Below, in pieces: positions 40,266 through 53,347 of a DNA stretch of 64,000 nucleotides; positions within the stretch are counted from its first letter, which is position 1, and each line of letters begins with the position of its first letter. The notes under the pieces were generated by a model that worked only from the letters and a program-made list of their open reading frames with translations, searched no databases and was not told where the DNA came from. The stretch is from Podospora anserina. Lineage: Eukaryota. Position numbers and translations under genes: made by a program. Location: NCBI GenBank assembly GCA_017654855.1, contig CM030337.1, positions 1,922,001 to 1,986,000 of the forward strand, read 5' to 3'.

Positions 40266-40487
40266 ATGACCGTCATCGGCTCCACCGCTAAATTCACCTC
40301 CCCCCACCTCCGAACCAAGAAGCAGTTTCACCGGAGACCATACACTTCTCTCTCTCAATCTTCTACCGCTGCGGCGGCTACTCCTTCTCTTATTTACAAG
40401 ACTCGGACTGTGGTCACCACAGACGAGGAGGGGTTTACTACCAGGCAGAGGATTAGGTATGTCTCTAGCGATCGGGGGAGGACATGA
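40266..40487 (+). CDS. Possible small (73-aa) basic protein
   Basis: CAAAATG start context, TATATAAA at ~40055, C-rich 5' and G-rich 3' sequence like neighbouring genes. No family recognised. Confidence 0.3.
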   Translation: MTVIGSTAKFTSPHLRTKKQFHRRPYTSLSQSSTAAAATPSLIYKTRTVVTTDEEGFTTRQRIRYVSSDRGRT

Positions 40488-43400
40488 GTGGAGGAGGGGG
40501 AGTATATAAAGGGGGAGAGCTGGGAGGTGGTGGTGTAAACTCTAAGGTGCGGGTAGGTGGGTGGTGAGTAAGTACATCCGGCTGGGCTGGATGAGAAGAG
40601 GAGGACGGGAGGGAAGGTGTGGATGATGATCACAACTTTTGCCTTTTTCTTTTTAGGATGGGAGATAATAATATTTTTTTGTCTTGACTTTGCTTCGTTC
40701 CCATGAAGACTTGTATGTGATGCCTTAACTGTAATACATGAATTGGTTTCATGTCTTGAATCTACTGTTCTGTGGTCTATTAGTGTTGTGTTGAAGTTTG
40801 TCCGCAACCTGAACTCGGCATGCAACAAGTCACCATATAGTATGGCAATCCCTTCGGTGGCCATCTTTGTGTACCATGGCAGTAGGTTGGTAGTAGCATC
40901 AGAAGCAAGGCTATTTTCGGCAAATGTATGCCTCCTATGCCATGTGAACAGCTCTCCCGTCTGTGTGTTGCTGTGTACAGCCAGGAAATCTTCCCCGGAT
41001 CTGCGTTATTTTTGCCATCGGTTAGATCTGACTGAGCGGTCAACAGCCTGTTTAGGTAGGCAGATCTTGATCGCGACAATAGCCACCGGGAGTCCAGACC
41101 CTCTTCCCATCGACGTTAAGCATAAAGATGGGGCTCAAAACAACTACCGACACTAATCAGGGGTCCTCCCAGACAAGGTTGCGGCATTTGAACATCGTCT
41201 ATCTCTCTACCAACCCTCCAGTGTGTCAGGATGCGGGGGAAGCTGGCAGCAGCTGCTTCGCTTGACAGTTACCGAGAGGTCTCTGTTCGGTTCAGGTTTC
41301 TTATAAGGCCGGTAAGTACAGAGCTGAATTTGGTCCTGGGGAAACGATGTGAAAAACGACACATTCGCTTGCTCGTTGGACGGCATGCTTTGTTATGCAT
41401 TGAGAAACAGTTCTGTTTGGGTTGGGTTACGTTGGACCATCTGGAGTTCGCTTCGCCCAATCTGGCTGCTGGGTGTATGAAAAGGGGTGTCAGCGTTTTG
41501 CAAGTGCTTGCATGAATGATCTGTTCAGAGACCCATGCTTCGAAGGGATGGAGGTCCTGAAAATCATTTGGCTAGCAGACATGGAATCGGCGTGTCCGAC
41601 TGATGTTGTGGAGACGAGATAGTGCTAAGAAGCAGTGCGCTTCTCTAGTTGTCGAGTATCCCACCTAGTATTTACAGAGAAGCAAACAAAGAACAAGGCC
41701 CGGTTCAGACTAGCATTAGAATGCGGAATGAAACCCGAGGTGGAAGATGGAACGCGGGAAACAGCTTGTTTGGTAGACTCGGTACCTCCTGTGGCATTCA
41801 TTGGATAGATCGCAGATGGTTGTCGCATCATGGCCAGAGGGTCTGAGCGGTATGATGCTGAACGAAAACGAGGGAAAAAAGGAAAGATTCCGGCAGTCGG
41901 GATACACATAGAAACAAGACAAAGATAGCTAGCTCACCCGCTCCCGTCCATCCCAGAGCCAGATAATATCTGGTTACGCTCAGTTACGCAGAGGTTCCGA
42001 GCCGTGTGGTGTCGTCGGGCGGCTGTCCAATGGCCTGAAAATACATTCCTGGTTCCGAGAATGGGCGGCAAGAAACACATTCCGATGCACCGCGCTCCGT
42101 CAACCAGTCGAATCGCCCGCCCGGTAGTTAAAGCGCTTATTTAGATTATTCGTGCAGTCGGGTCTTTTGATTCCCGGCTCAACAGACCGTATCGCGCACT
42201 TGCAGATTCCGAATAGATGCCCTTCGGGATCTCTAAGAGTTGGAATTGAGCCTGTCGATGGCATGGTCCATGATGTCGAAGGCGGCGAAGGAATACCTCC
42301 CATTGGTGAAAGCTGGAGCGAGCTGCAGAGGTCGGCGATACATACAAAAGACAGCCATCGGGTTGATATCGTGGGGGCGTCCACAAAAGCTGTCTCACCA
42401 AGTCCCGGCAACCAATGAGAAGAGACTGACTTTGAAACCATGTGCTTGCCCCACTATTATTTCGTGCTAGCTCGGTCCCGGGTCCGGGGCCCCACATCGA
42501 AAAGTCTCCCAACCCACCATCCCATCAAGCTCATCCTCGACATTGGGGGGCACTTTTAAGTGATTGCAGTTGCACAGGAAGGCAGTCCCTAGAAGACCTT
42601 AAAGCTATTTCCATGTCAAGCATGTCAACCACTCACTGCTGGTTGAATGCGTTGAACACAACTCGGCTGGTATAGTCGCAGGAGCATGGTGCTGGGCGAG
42701 TCGATCATAGACAAGCGCCTCAATGCCATGGCGGGCCAGAAACAACCTTTCGGATTTACTTTTTGCAGCCTCGTGCTCAGCCACCATCTGTGCGCAACGC
42801 GTCTTCAGCAGAGGGAAAAAGCTAAAGATGCAAGGCGCTGTCAAACATGGCAGCTTGGAGCTCTGACCAACACATGGCAACACAACAAACTGAATTCAGA
42901 TGACAGGACTGTTTTCTGTGCTCCGTGTGTACACCGCTAGATTTGCGGTTTGTTACCATCTCACAGTTTGTTAAATCCTCTTCGTCTATACGAAGGTGCT
43001 GGAAGCAAAAATTCCTCTTGCCAGGTAAGCGCACAGGCTGCTTTTCAAGGCATAAGAATTGCAATAGCCCTCATGGCCTGCCTATACTTCGTAATGTCCC
43101 AAAGTCCCAGTGCTCCACAACCGGCAGCGGGCTCTCCCAACTTTATTTCGTCCCAACAAGTCCTGGAAGGACTCATGTCTCCAACATCGTGATCTGTATT
43201 CTCTTCCATCAAAACATCACAAAGAGGCTTCTTGTTTCTGCACGTTGTTGATTCAGGGCGCCCTGTAGAAAGACTTGAAGCACCACAACCTGTAAAAGGA
43301 CAGGGTTTATCTGCAAAGCCCCTGCATTTACGCAGCCCTAAGCCTGATGAGGCAAGCGGTACACCGATACCTTAACCTCAAGCGAGATTGGCGGTGGGTC

Positions 43401-44247
43401 CCTGACCAATCCACACGCTTCCTGGCTGACTTCCAAATCCACACATCCACCTTCAATTCTCCGTCTCTCTCTTCGTCGTTCTCTTCCTTTTGTTCTCTTG
43501 GGGCGTGCCACTTGTACAGACACAACGAGTAACAGGTGACCTCGACCGTCTTCACACCCTCACCCTCAGAAATAGACTTTGTTTCGTTCCGCTCGTTTGC
43601 ACCCCATCTCGGCCTCCGCGCTGCGACTGCATCTTGGGCCTTCTGTTCCTGCAACCTGCAGCGATCATCGCGTCAGTCGGCTGTCCAACCACCACCACCA
43701 TCTTGACTGCCATCCCTTCCTGCCAATTGTCTCTGGCCGACTCCTGCAGCCACCACACCTTGACCGGCAAGAGCGAACCGCTGGTCGCTGTCGCGCTGGT
43801 GCTGGCCACCGACCTCCTCACTGGTTGCCGCTCATTCACTCGCATATATGCGGGGACCAGGCCCAGCTGCCTTCCATAACAAAAACAGCTCGTCCAGTCT
43901 CCTCTCTATCGTCAACCCGACCTTGGGCTATTCGCCGTTCGCCATTCGCCATTCACCAGCTCAACGCCACGGACAGTTTTTTGTTAGGGACTTAATACAC
44001 GCAATATTACTCAATTGAGCAACAAATTAGGCCGGTAATACTCCGTACGCCCACGTCAAACAAGGTTCGCCGCTCCGACTCGCTGGCACCACACACCTCA
44101 AGACTATGAGCCATGATAGCATCCCAAGACAACCATGACAACTTCGCAAAGGTGACACCACAACCCGGAAACTGCTGCGACATCACCAGTGACGCGTCTG
44201 CCGAAAGGCCAACTGGGCACCACAGAGGGGGAGAGGAGGAGATCACA

Positions 44248-46226
44248 ATGAGCGGACAGCCAGCCCGGAGAAGGCGAGGGCATTCGCTAGCAAGCACCAA
44301 GACCGTGCTTCTTTCTTTATTATCAGCATCACCAACTGCCATGGCCGCCTGCATTTCACTGCAAGGATCTAAAGCTTGTCCGGCCTGGCAGTCAGCTTCC
44401 ATTACAACTTCCAATGGTCGTCTGAACGGTATCTTGTAAGTCGCTTGTCCCACGTGGATATCAGACATCCATTCCAGCGGGTTTCAGATTGTAGATGGAC
44501 TAACATGCTGCCGGCAGTCGTTTCTTATCATTCGTTTCTAGCACCGAGACTTTCGATCAACGCTTATTGACTTTTGTGCAATCGGACTATGTCCAAGAAA
44601 AGTACGTCGACGCCATGTGATGTTGCGAGGTTTCGACTACTGACTGTTCCTAGATATCAAACCCTGCTTGGTTGCGGGGATTTTGATCTCACCAACACCA
44701 CCGAGCTCTACGCGCGTTTCACAACTACTGTAATATGTAATACTATCGTGCAAGAATCGATAGCAGATTGCAGTCTCGCCCCCGAAGACTCTCGACCTGT
44801 GTGCGCGGAAACATGCGTACGAGACCCCATGTCCCCTATGTTTTGGTGTAGAATTGGGAGGTTGTACTGACACCATGACTAGTCACAATTTGCCGAGGCC
44901 GAGACGTACGTTGTCAGTGACAACACGCTCTGTCCCAACCCCGGTAGGAACGCAAAGGAGCAGATCAGAGCCGACTTTACGGACTGCTCATCGCCTGACA
45001 ATGCGCTTTCCGGACGCTCCTGTATCCAGGGTATCGCCAACGAGCCCGAGAACTGCGGGTATGGTAGTAGCACCATTGGTCTGTGTTGGTACTGCGCTAA
45101 GGGCGGCATCAACTCGACCGATAGTTGCTGCTACAACTCGAATGCCGATTCGAGGTGTGCTGGCGTCGTTTTGCCCTCGATCACACCTACCTTTGTACTT
45201 CCCACAAACACAGCACTGCCGCCCTCGAACGAGCAAAACGACGCTGAGAAGACCGGGCTAGGAGGGGGACCCATCGCTGGAATTGTGATTGGATCGATTG
45301 GCGGTGCTGCGCTGTTGGCATTGGGCATCTTCCTCTGTTGGCGGCGGCGTAGGCAGAGGCAGGGAAGCCAGAGCGGAAGCGTCTTCAATCAACCATCGCC
45401 TGCTAGGAAAGGGCCGGCCGTTCCTCAAATGGCTCAGCCAGGAACACCAGGACAGCCAGGTGTGCCGCCGGGCTTTGAGGCTCTACCGGGCGGTAGAATA
45501 GCCCGGATGTCGGCACTCGAGGGACACTCGGCCGATGCACCATCACACCACGTTGGCCGAGATATCGCCACAGCCACGTCTGCCGGCTACAGTAGGAGGA
45601 GCGACAGAAGAAGAGGCGACGATCATTCCTCCTCTGACGGGTTTGGGTCCAGCCCAGAATCAGACCGCGGCACGGGGATTGGAGTTCTCAGACCTCCGCC
45701 AACTGCTCTCAGGAGGAATGGTTCGCTCTCTAGCAGCTCGGTGCTGAATAGTGATGAGCCGCACTCCCCAACTAGTGGTGGGATGTCCTCTCCCCAAGGT
45801 ATGGCCAGCCAGCAGTCCGAGCAGCTGCCATTCTTCAGAGACTACTATTCGCAAGACGAAATTCACCCTGGCGATAGGGTGGCTGTGCTGTGGGCATATC
45901 AACCGCGTGCCCCTGACGAGTTCACTTTGGACCGCGGGCATATGCTCAAGGTTGTGGGTATTTGGGACGATGGGTGGGCGACGGGTATTCTGTTGGACGA
46001 GAGAGCGGAGGAGTGGGAGGCTCGCAGGAATGCTCAGCGAGACAGCGGGGTCTCGAACACATCTGGCAGAGTGGCATCGACTTCTCCACCAGCGAACGGT
46101 GAAATCAAGGCGTTCCCCCTCGTGTGTGTCTGCCTGCCAGAGCATTGGAGACGGACGATCGAGGGCGATGGGTCTACCGAGACGGGATCTAGCAGCCACC
46201 CGCTGACGACAACAACTGGGTCCTGA
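44248..46226 (+). CDS. Type-I membrane protein: Cys-rich ectodomain, single TM, C-terminal SH3 domain
   Basis: Signal-like segment then ACISLQGSKACPAW. TM GPIAGIVIGSIGGAALLALGIFLCW followed by RRRR. SH3 motif VLWAYQPRAPDEFTL..IWDDGWATG..AFPLVCV. Three short introns at 44436-44882. An alternative in-frame ATG lies at 44113. Confidence 0.85.
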
Positions 46227-47224
46227 TTGATAGCTTGCGATTATGATACCAGCGCTCGATCTACGTTCTGAATAATGTCTCGATGAGTGTCTCTTTATTG
46301 TTTGGCATTGGCCACGGAGTTCGGTTGCGACACGGTTAGCTGCATTCTCTTCTCGACCTTCTCAGGTCATATCCCTGGCTCGCCGCCTTGTACATATCGC
46401 ACCCAAAACGTGTTAGTTTTTGGTATATACCCATGTTAAGGAAGGTGTTTGCGGTTGGTGTTGGGGAGATTAGGGGGTGTTCGGTTTGTAATGATGTCCA
46501 GGAGAGTATCTTCATGATGACCGGTTAGAGATTCTCGTGCTTCTTTCTTATCACATAGCATCAAGATATTCTGCTGGTACTTGTTTTAAATACAAAAAAC
46601 TGTTAGAGAAATCTGTTAGGATCCTGTACTTTTGAGGCTGTGACTGTCATTGAGGATTGTGTCACATTCTTCGGAAATGAAATCAACTTATTCTCCCAAC
46701 AAACCTCCAGCATCATTTTCGAGTGCTTTGTTGCCCACCTCCAAGGCTGTCGAGAAGTTGTCACTTATATGCACAAAGCGGGGTGTGGAGTTCGCGGGGT
46801 GACAGGCTGGGATCATGGGTGGAGCTGAAAGGTAAACGGCCCACAGTGACTTCATTTGAGCCAAAAGCTATCGTTATCTTATCGGCAGGCACCGATTGGC
46901 CCACCACCGTGTGCGTACTGTAGGCTTCAACACCGACTGACCAAAGCACCTCGTGCATCATAAAGCTGACCCAAAGTTCTGTCCCATACACATTTCCCCG
47001 GCATTTCGACCCCGAGAAGACTACATCTGACCGTCACTCGCGACCTCCGACCGTACCAAGCACGAATACCTCCCTCACCCCGCATTGTTGACGACCTTTC
47101 CGCAACTTCGAGCACCGCGAACCATTCGTCTACTGGTACTCCAAAATGCGCCGAGCTTTCTCAACATTGAGACCTAGGTAGCCAGCTGTTCTAAGCGTCC
47201 CACCGCTCAATATCTCACACAGCG

Positions 47225-50200
47225 ATGGGGCAGGGATTTTCTCTCGCCGCACCCCCAGCTGGGGCTGCCGGGATAGACGTTCCTGAGCTTGCCGACTTGG
47301 TCTACGAAAAGAGCATTGGCACCGCCCGCTTCATGAAGAGCATCCGAGCAAGACACCATGATGGAGTCGTATTAGTCAAAGTTCTCATTAAACCATATCC
47401 CATGTCCCTGGACAAGTACAAAGAACAGGTCCTTCGTACGCGCCCTTTCCCCTCAGCTTTACTGTGGGCATTGCTGACTTGTTGTCTCTAGGGGTAAGAA
47501 ACGTGCTGGCCGATGTACCAAATGCCCTTCCATATCAACGTGCGATCGAGACCGAAACGAACGGATATTTGATTCGCCAGTTCTTTTACAACTCGTTATA
47601 TGACCGTCTGAGCACACGACCGTTTTTGGAAGATATCGAGAAGAGATGGTTGGCCTTTCAACTGCTTTGCGCTGTGCGTGACTGCCATGACAAGGACATT
47701 TATCATGGCGATATCAAGACGGAGAATACACTGGTGACGTCGTGGAACTGGCTGTACCTGTCCGACTTTTCGTCCTCGTTCAAGCCGGTCATGCTACCTG
47801 AGGACAACCCTGCCGATTTTTCCTACTTTTTCGACACGTCCGGCCGCAGAACTTGCTACTTGGCGCCAGAGCGATTTGTTCCTTCGGGGGAGGAACTAGA
47901 CCCAAATGCAAAGATAACATGGGCGATGGATGTGTTCAGCGTCGGGTGTGTGATTGCAGAGCTGTTTCTTGAAGCGCCCATCTTCAGCTTGAGTCAGCTG
48001 TACAAGTACCGGAAAGGGGATTATGATCCTGGGATATCGCACCTGAGTCGGATCCCTGATAAGGACCTGAGGGAGATGGTGGGCCACATGATACAGCTGG
48101 ATCCGCAGAAGAGATATTCGGCGGAACAGTACCTTGAGTTTTGGAAGGGAAAGGTGTTTCCGGCATACTTTTACAACTTTCTGCACCAGTACATGGAGGT
48201 GATTACGGATCTCTCCCCTGGGCACTCTTCAGATCCTGCCAAGAACGTCGGTCAAGCTGATGAGAGGATCGAGAGGGTGTGGTCGGATTTCGACAAGATC
48301 TCTTATTTCTTGGGATATCACAATCACGATACGCAGGTGGAGGAACGACCGGTGGCTCCCAGGCTGGGACTGGGGCACTTCCCAGTCCGACTCAACATCC
48401 CGAATAATGGGCATTCCGTGTCGAGCGACAAGCAGCCGTTGGCAGATGACGGCACGCTGATATTCCTGACGCTGATTGTCTCCTCTCTCCGAAATACGGC
48501 ACGCGCAAATTCAAAAGTTAAGGCATGCGATATACTTTTGGCCTTTTCTGAGCGGTTGACCGACGAAGCAAAACTGGACCGGGTCTTGCCATATCTCGTT
48601 GCTTTGCTCAATGACAAGTCAGAGATTGTGGTCATTTCTGCGATTAGGACGATCACGCAGCTACTGGATATGGTGAGGGTCATTACGCCTGTGAACGCAC
48701 AGATATCTCTGGAGTATATCATGCCTAGGATGCAGGTTGTCTTGCTTGGAACGCAGCGCTCGACTAGTTCGGCGGTTCGAGCAACATATGCTTCGGCTTT
48801 GGGCAAGTTGGCCAAGATTGCGGACCGCTTTCTTGTCATGGCTGCTACGCTGCGAGGAGATGGATCTACGACCATTGCAGACCCTGAGGTTGAGCCTGGG
48901 ACGGAGCCAGACGCGGCGTTTGATGGGCTTTATGACAATGCCCGCAGGGAGTTGACCGGCCTGTTCGAAACTCACACCAAGGCGCTGATTGAGGATTCGG
49001 ATCCCTTTGTGCGACGAGCCTTCCTTACCTCGGTGCCAGAGCTGTGTATCTTCTTCGGTGTTGCCCAGGCCAACGATATCATCTTGGCTCATCTCAACAC
49101 CTACCTCAATGATCGAGACTGGATGCTGAAATGCGCCTTCTTTGACGCAATCGTGGGAATTGCGGCTTTCCTCGGCAGCAGCACGCTGGAAAAGTTCATT
49201 CTGCCTCTTATGGTGCAGGCGGTCACGGACCCGGAAGAGTATGTTGTCCAGGGTGCGCTCCGTTCTCTGGCAGAGTTGGGGTCCTTGGGTCTGCTGACCA
49301 AGCAGTCCTACACTGATCTCATCAGCGATGTCGCGCGCTTCACGGTCCACCCTAACATATGGATCCGAGAGGCGGCTGTCGAGTTCATTGCTTCGGGCAG
49401 CAAGTTTTTGAGTCGGGCATATCTCAAAGTTCAAGTGCTGCCAAAGCTGGGGCCGTATCTCAAGCCAGATCGCGTACCGGACTTTTCTGAGCTGGGGATT
49501 CTTGAGGCGCTTCAGAAGCCGCTGTCTCGGTCTGTCTTTGACCATGCTCTGATGTGGGCTTCCAAGACGGAGAAGGGTGATTTCTGGACGTTCAAAAAGG
49601 GACGTGATAGTGTTTTGGGGCCGAGCCAGATATTTGAGCAGGCGTCAAAGAACAAGGAGGACGATGCGTGGCTGAGGAAGTTGCGGAATTTGGGTCTGTC
49701 TCAAGAGGATGAGCCGAAGCTGTTGGCACTTAGGGAGTTTATCTGGCGATTGAGCCAGATGAAGACAAGGGATTCGACAGGTCAAGAGACGACGACGACG
49801 ACTACGGGTGGTAGTAATGGTATTATTCCCCTTCGGTCACTTGGGATTACCCCCCAGACTGTGTTGTTTGATGAGGAGCCTTTGCGGTATCCGATGCCGT
49901 CTATTCAGGCTGAGCCGGGGACTCCGAGGACGATAGAGGATGCGCTGCTTGATGCGTCCATGTCGATTGATGACCCTGTTGGCAAGAAGCGCAGGGCGGC
50001 GTTGAATAATCATCGGTCGAGACTTAGTAGCAGGGATAACATGTCGCCGGCGTCTGTGGATGGCAGGCGGCCTTTTGAGGATGAGGGGGCGGTATCGCCG
50101 ACTGCGTCGAGGGATACTTCTGTTAGGACGTCGGTGACGCAAGGGAAGAACGTGTTGTCTGTTATGGATGATGATCGGTCGCTGTCGGATGCGCCTTATG

Positions 50201-51945
50201 CGAGCAGGAGGGCTTTGCGGCATCAGTCGAGTGCGATGAATCTGATGAATAGGAAAGACAGCGCCAAGTCTGGGCCTGAGACTGGCACGACGGAGACGAA
50301 TGCGTTTGGACAAGTCGAGGGGCCGCTCAGTCAAGGGTTGAGGGTTTCGTCTTATCCCGAGACGGAGACTGGGCTGGCTTTTGCGAAGGAACGGTTGAGG
50401 GGTCATCACACCTATACTGGGAGCGACCCGAACATTATCCGGATGCTGGATAACATGTACATTGAGAATTATCCCCGGGATTTGCTCGAGTATGGGCCGC
50501 TGGTGACGCCGGTGAGGCGACGGAAGTCGAGCAGGCAGTCTGTCCCTTCTGGATATGAGGAGCCCTGGAAGCCGGCGGGCAAGCTGGTTGGCATGTTGGC
50601 CGAACATGTCGGCCCCATCAACCGGGTTGTTCCCTCGCCGGACCATCGGTTTTTTATCACGGGTGGGGATGATGGGTGTGTTAAAGTCTGGGATACGAAA
50701 CGCCTAGAGAGGATGGTCACACATAAAGCGAGGCAGACTCACAAACATGCTCCCGGGGCGAGGGTGCTGGCAATGTGTTTTGTTGAAAACACGCACAGCT
50801 TTGTCAGCTGTGCCACTGACGGGAGTGTGCACATCCTCAAGGTCAATTCGATTCTCAGCGGGGTTAGTTACCGGTATGAGAAGCTGAAGTTGCTCAGGGA
50901 GTATACTGGACTAGGGGAAGGGGAGTATGTAGTCTGGTGCGAGCACTACAGACAAGAAGCGAACTCGGTGCTGGTGCTGCTGACGAACAAGAGCAACATC
51001 ATTGGTGTCGACCTCAGGACAATGGGGGAGCTGTTCCGGCTGGAGAACCCGGTTCATCACGGCACGCCGACGTGTTTCTGCGTGGACAGGAAGAGGAACT
51101 GGCTTTGTCTTGGGACGAGCCATGGGGTTTTGGACCTGTGGGATCTGAGGTTCAAGACTAGGTTGAGGGGGTGGGGGGTGCCGGGGAAAGGGGAGATCTA
51201 CAGGGTTACGCCGCACCCGGCGAAGGGGAGGGGGAGGTGGGTTTTGGTCAGCGGGGGGACGGGGCAGGGGGAGATTACAGTTTGGGACTTGGAGAGGTGT
51301 ATTTGTCGGGAGGTGTACAGGGTGGCGGGGAATAAGGAGGGGCCGAAGGGGTATGATGCTTGGGAGGTGGACGAGGAGAGGCCGGAGGGGATCATGCTGG
51401 GGAGGTTTGCGACGAATATTGAGATGGGGGCTGGGGGGCCGGCGGGTGGGAGTGGGGGGAATATGGATAGGGGGGTGAGGGCGATGACGGTGGGGATTGG
51501 GGCTGGGGAGGATGTGAGGGATGTGAGGCATGCTTTTGTTATTACGGGGGGGAGCGATAAGAAGTTGAGGTATTGGGATTTGGTGAGGGTGGATAATAGT
51601 GTGATTTTTAGTGGGTTGATGCCCGAGGATGGGAGGTTGGGGTATTCTACTAGTCATCCGACTGCCAGTATGACGCTGCATACGGAGCGGCCGCCGAATC
51701 AGAAGGAGAAGGGGGGTGGGGGGACGAACGGGCCGGCGGCGGCGAATGGGGGGACGGGGTTGGCGGGAGATGTTGAGCAGCCGGTCAAGAGGGTGAGGCA
51801 GGCGAGGAGTACGGTTGTTTCGGCGGAGCAGCAGGGGTTGTTGAGGAGTCATATGGACGCGGTGATGGATGTTATCTGGTTGGAGTCGCCCTATCCGATG
51901 ACTGCGAGTGTGGATAGGAGCGGGACGATCTTGTTGCTGCAGTAG
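47225..51945 (+). CDS. VPS15: Vps15 PI3K regulatory kinase (kinase, HEAT and WD40 domains)
   Basis: MGQGFS myristoylation start, LYDRLSTRPFLEDIEK, HGDIKTEN, CYLAPERF, DEAKLDRVLPY; one intron at ~47436-47491. Confidence 0.96.
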
Positions 51946-52435
51946 GGGCTATGGTTTGAGACGGAGTCTGCGATGATTATTTAGCCCAGAGATGAAATAA
52001 TACCTTTGCTTAAGAAGGACCTTCGCCTGTGTCTATTTTAAGTTGGAGAAACTATAGACAGAATCGTGCAGCACTGGACAAATGGAATGCTGGAGTACAG
52101 CCCCGTTTAAGCATAAGGGGGCGGGTGAGGGTTAGGGTCAAGACATGTCGTTGCCAGGCGGTGAGTGCTGAGGCTCCACAATTTATTTTGCCGCTCAGCC
52201 TTGTGGAGCTTTTTGGGAATGGGTGTGTGGTTGTTGCGCCTGCCGCGTCCAAAGTGAACTTGCACGCGACAACGATCTTGATATCTTGGAATTGCGAATT
52301 GCGACTCGCTGATTACAGCAATTTTATCGCCCGCTACGACTTTTACCTGCTGCGCAAACACGGAATCGAGAAAACAGTCAAGATAATCACCACCACCAAA
52401 AGTCAACAAACCAGCTAGAGGATCAAACCATCAAA

Positions 52436-53347
52436 ATGAGGCTAACCCCCGACCTCATCGCCTCGTCCCTCTCCTACCTCAACCCGCTCAAAGAGCGCGA
52501 GATTGACCTCCGAGGTACGCTTTTTTTTTTTCTCATCTGAAAAGAACAGATACTGTCCACACTTGAGCTCGGCTTACCTACCACACACCCTCCCGTAAAA
52601 AAAGGCCATAGAATACCCGCCATCGAAAACCTCGCCGTCGCCGGCCCGCACGACTCGATCGACCTGACCGATAATGACATCCAACTCCTTGGGAACTTCC
52701 CCTTGTCGCCGCGGGTGAGGACGTTGCTGCTGGCGAGGAACAGGATCAGCGCCATCGCGCCGGGGGCGGTGCAGAGCCTGCCGAACCTGAGGAATTTGAA
52801 CCTGGGGGAGAACGAGATTAGGGAGCTGGGGGATTTGGACGTGCTGGGGAGGTGGGGGGGTTTGGTGCACTTGTGTCTCGGGGGAAATCCGGTTGTGAAG
52901 AAGGAGCATTACCGGTATTGGGTGCTTTGGCGGTGCCCGAGTGTGAGGTTTTTGGATTATCAAAAGGTGAGGGAGGCGGAGAGGGAGAAGGCCAGGGAGT
53001 TGTTTGGGACGGTGGAGGAGCCGAGTGAGTTGGCGCAGAAGGTGGGTTATTATTCTGTTGATGGGTATGGCGGGGGAGGGTTCAGGCTGACTGGGAAACA
53101 GATTATGGGCATCAAGAGCAAGACGTTCGATTCGACGACTACTTCGGGAGGCAAGGGTGGTGGACCGGGTGGTGAGATGTCTAAGTTGTCGAGACTGAAA
53201 CTGACGGATAAGGAGAAGAAGAAGCTTCAGGAGTTGATCAAGAAGGCGAACTCGTTGGAGGAGATCAACAGGCTGGAGAAGGCGCTGTTGGAGGGGAGGT
53301 TGCCGCCTGGGATTATTGTTGAGGATGGGGATGCTATGGAGGAGTGA
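52436..53347 (+). CDS. LEA1: U2 snRNP A' protein (leucine-rich repeat)
   Basis: MRLTPDLI..LNPLKEREIDLRGHRIPAIENL..IDLTDNDI, YRYWVL..VRFLDYQKV; two introns. Confidence 0.92.

Noticed and set aside
48661-51852. Long antisense ORFs (294, 269 and 313 aa) over VPS15, and similar ones over other genes
   Set aside because: Shadow ORFs produced by GC-rich codon bias; low-complexity Pro/Arg/His translations.
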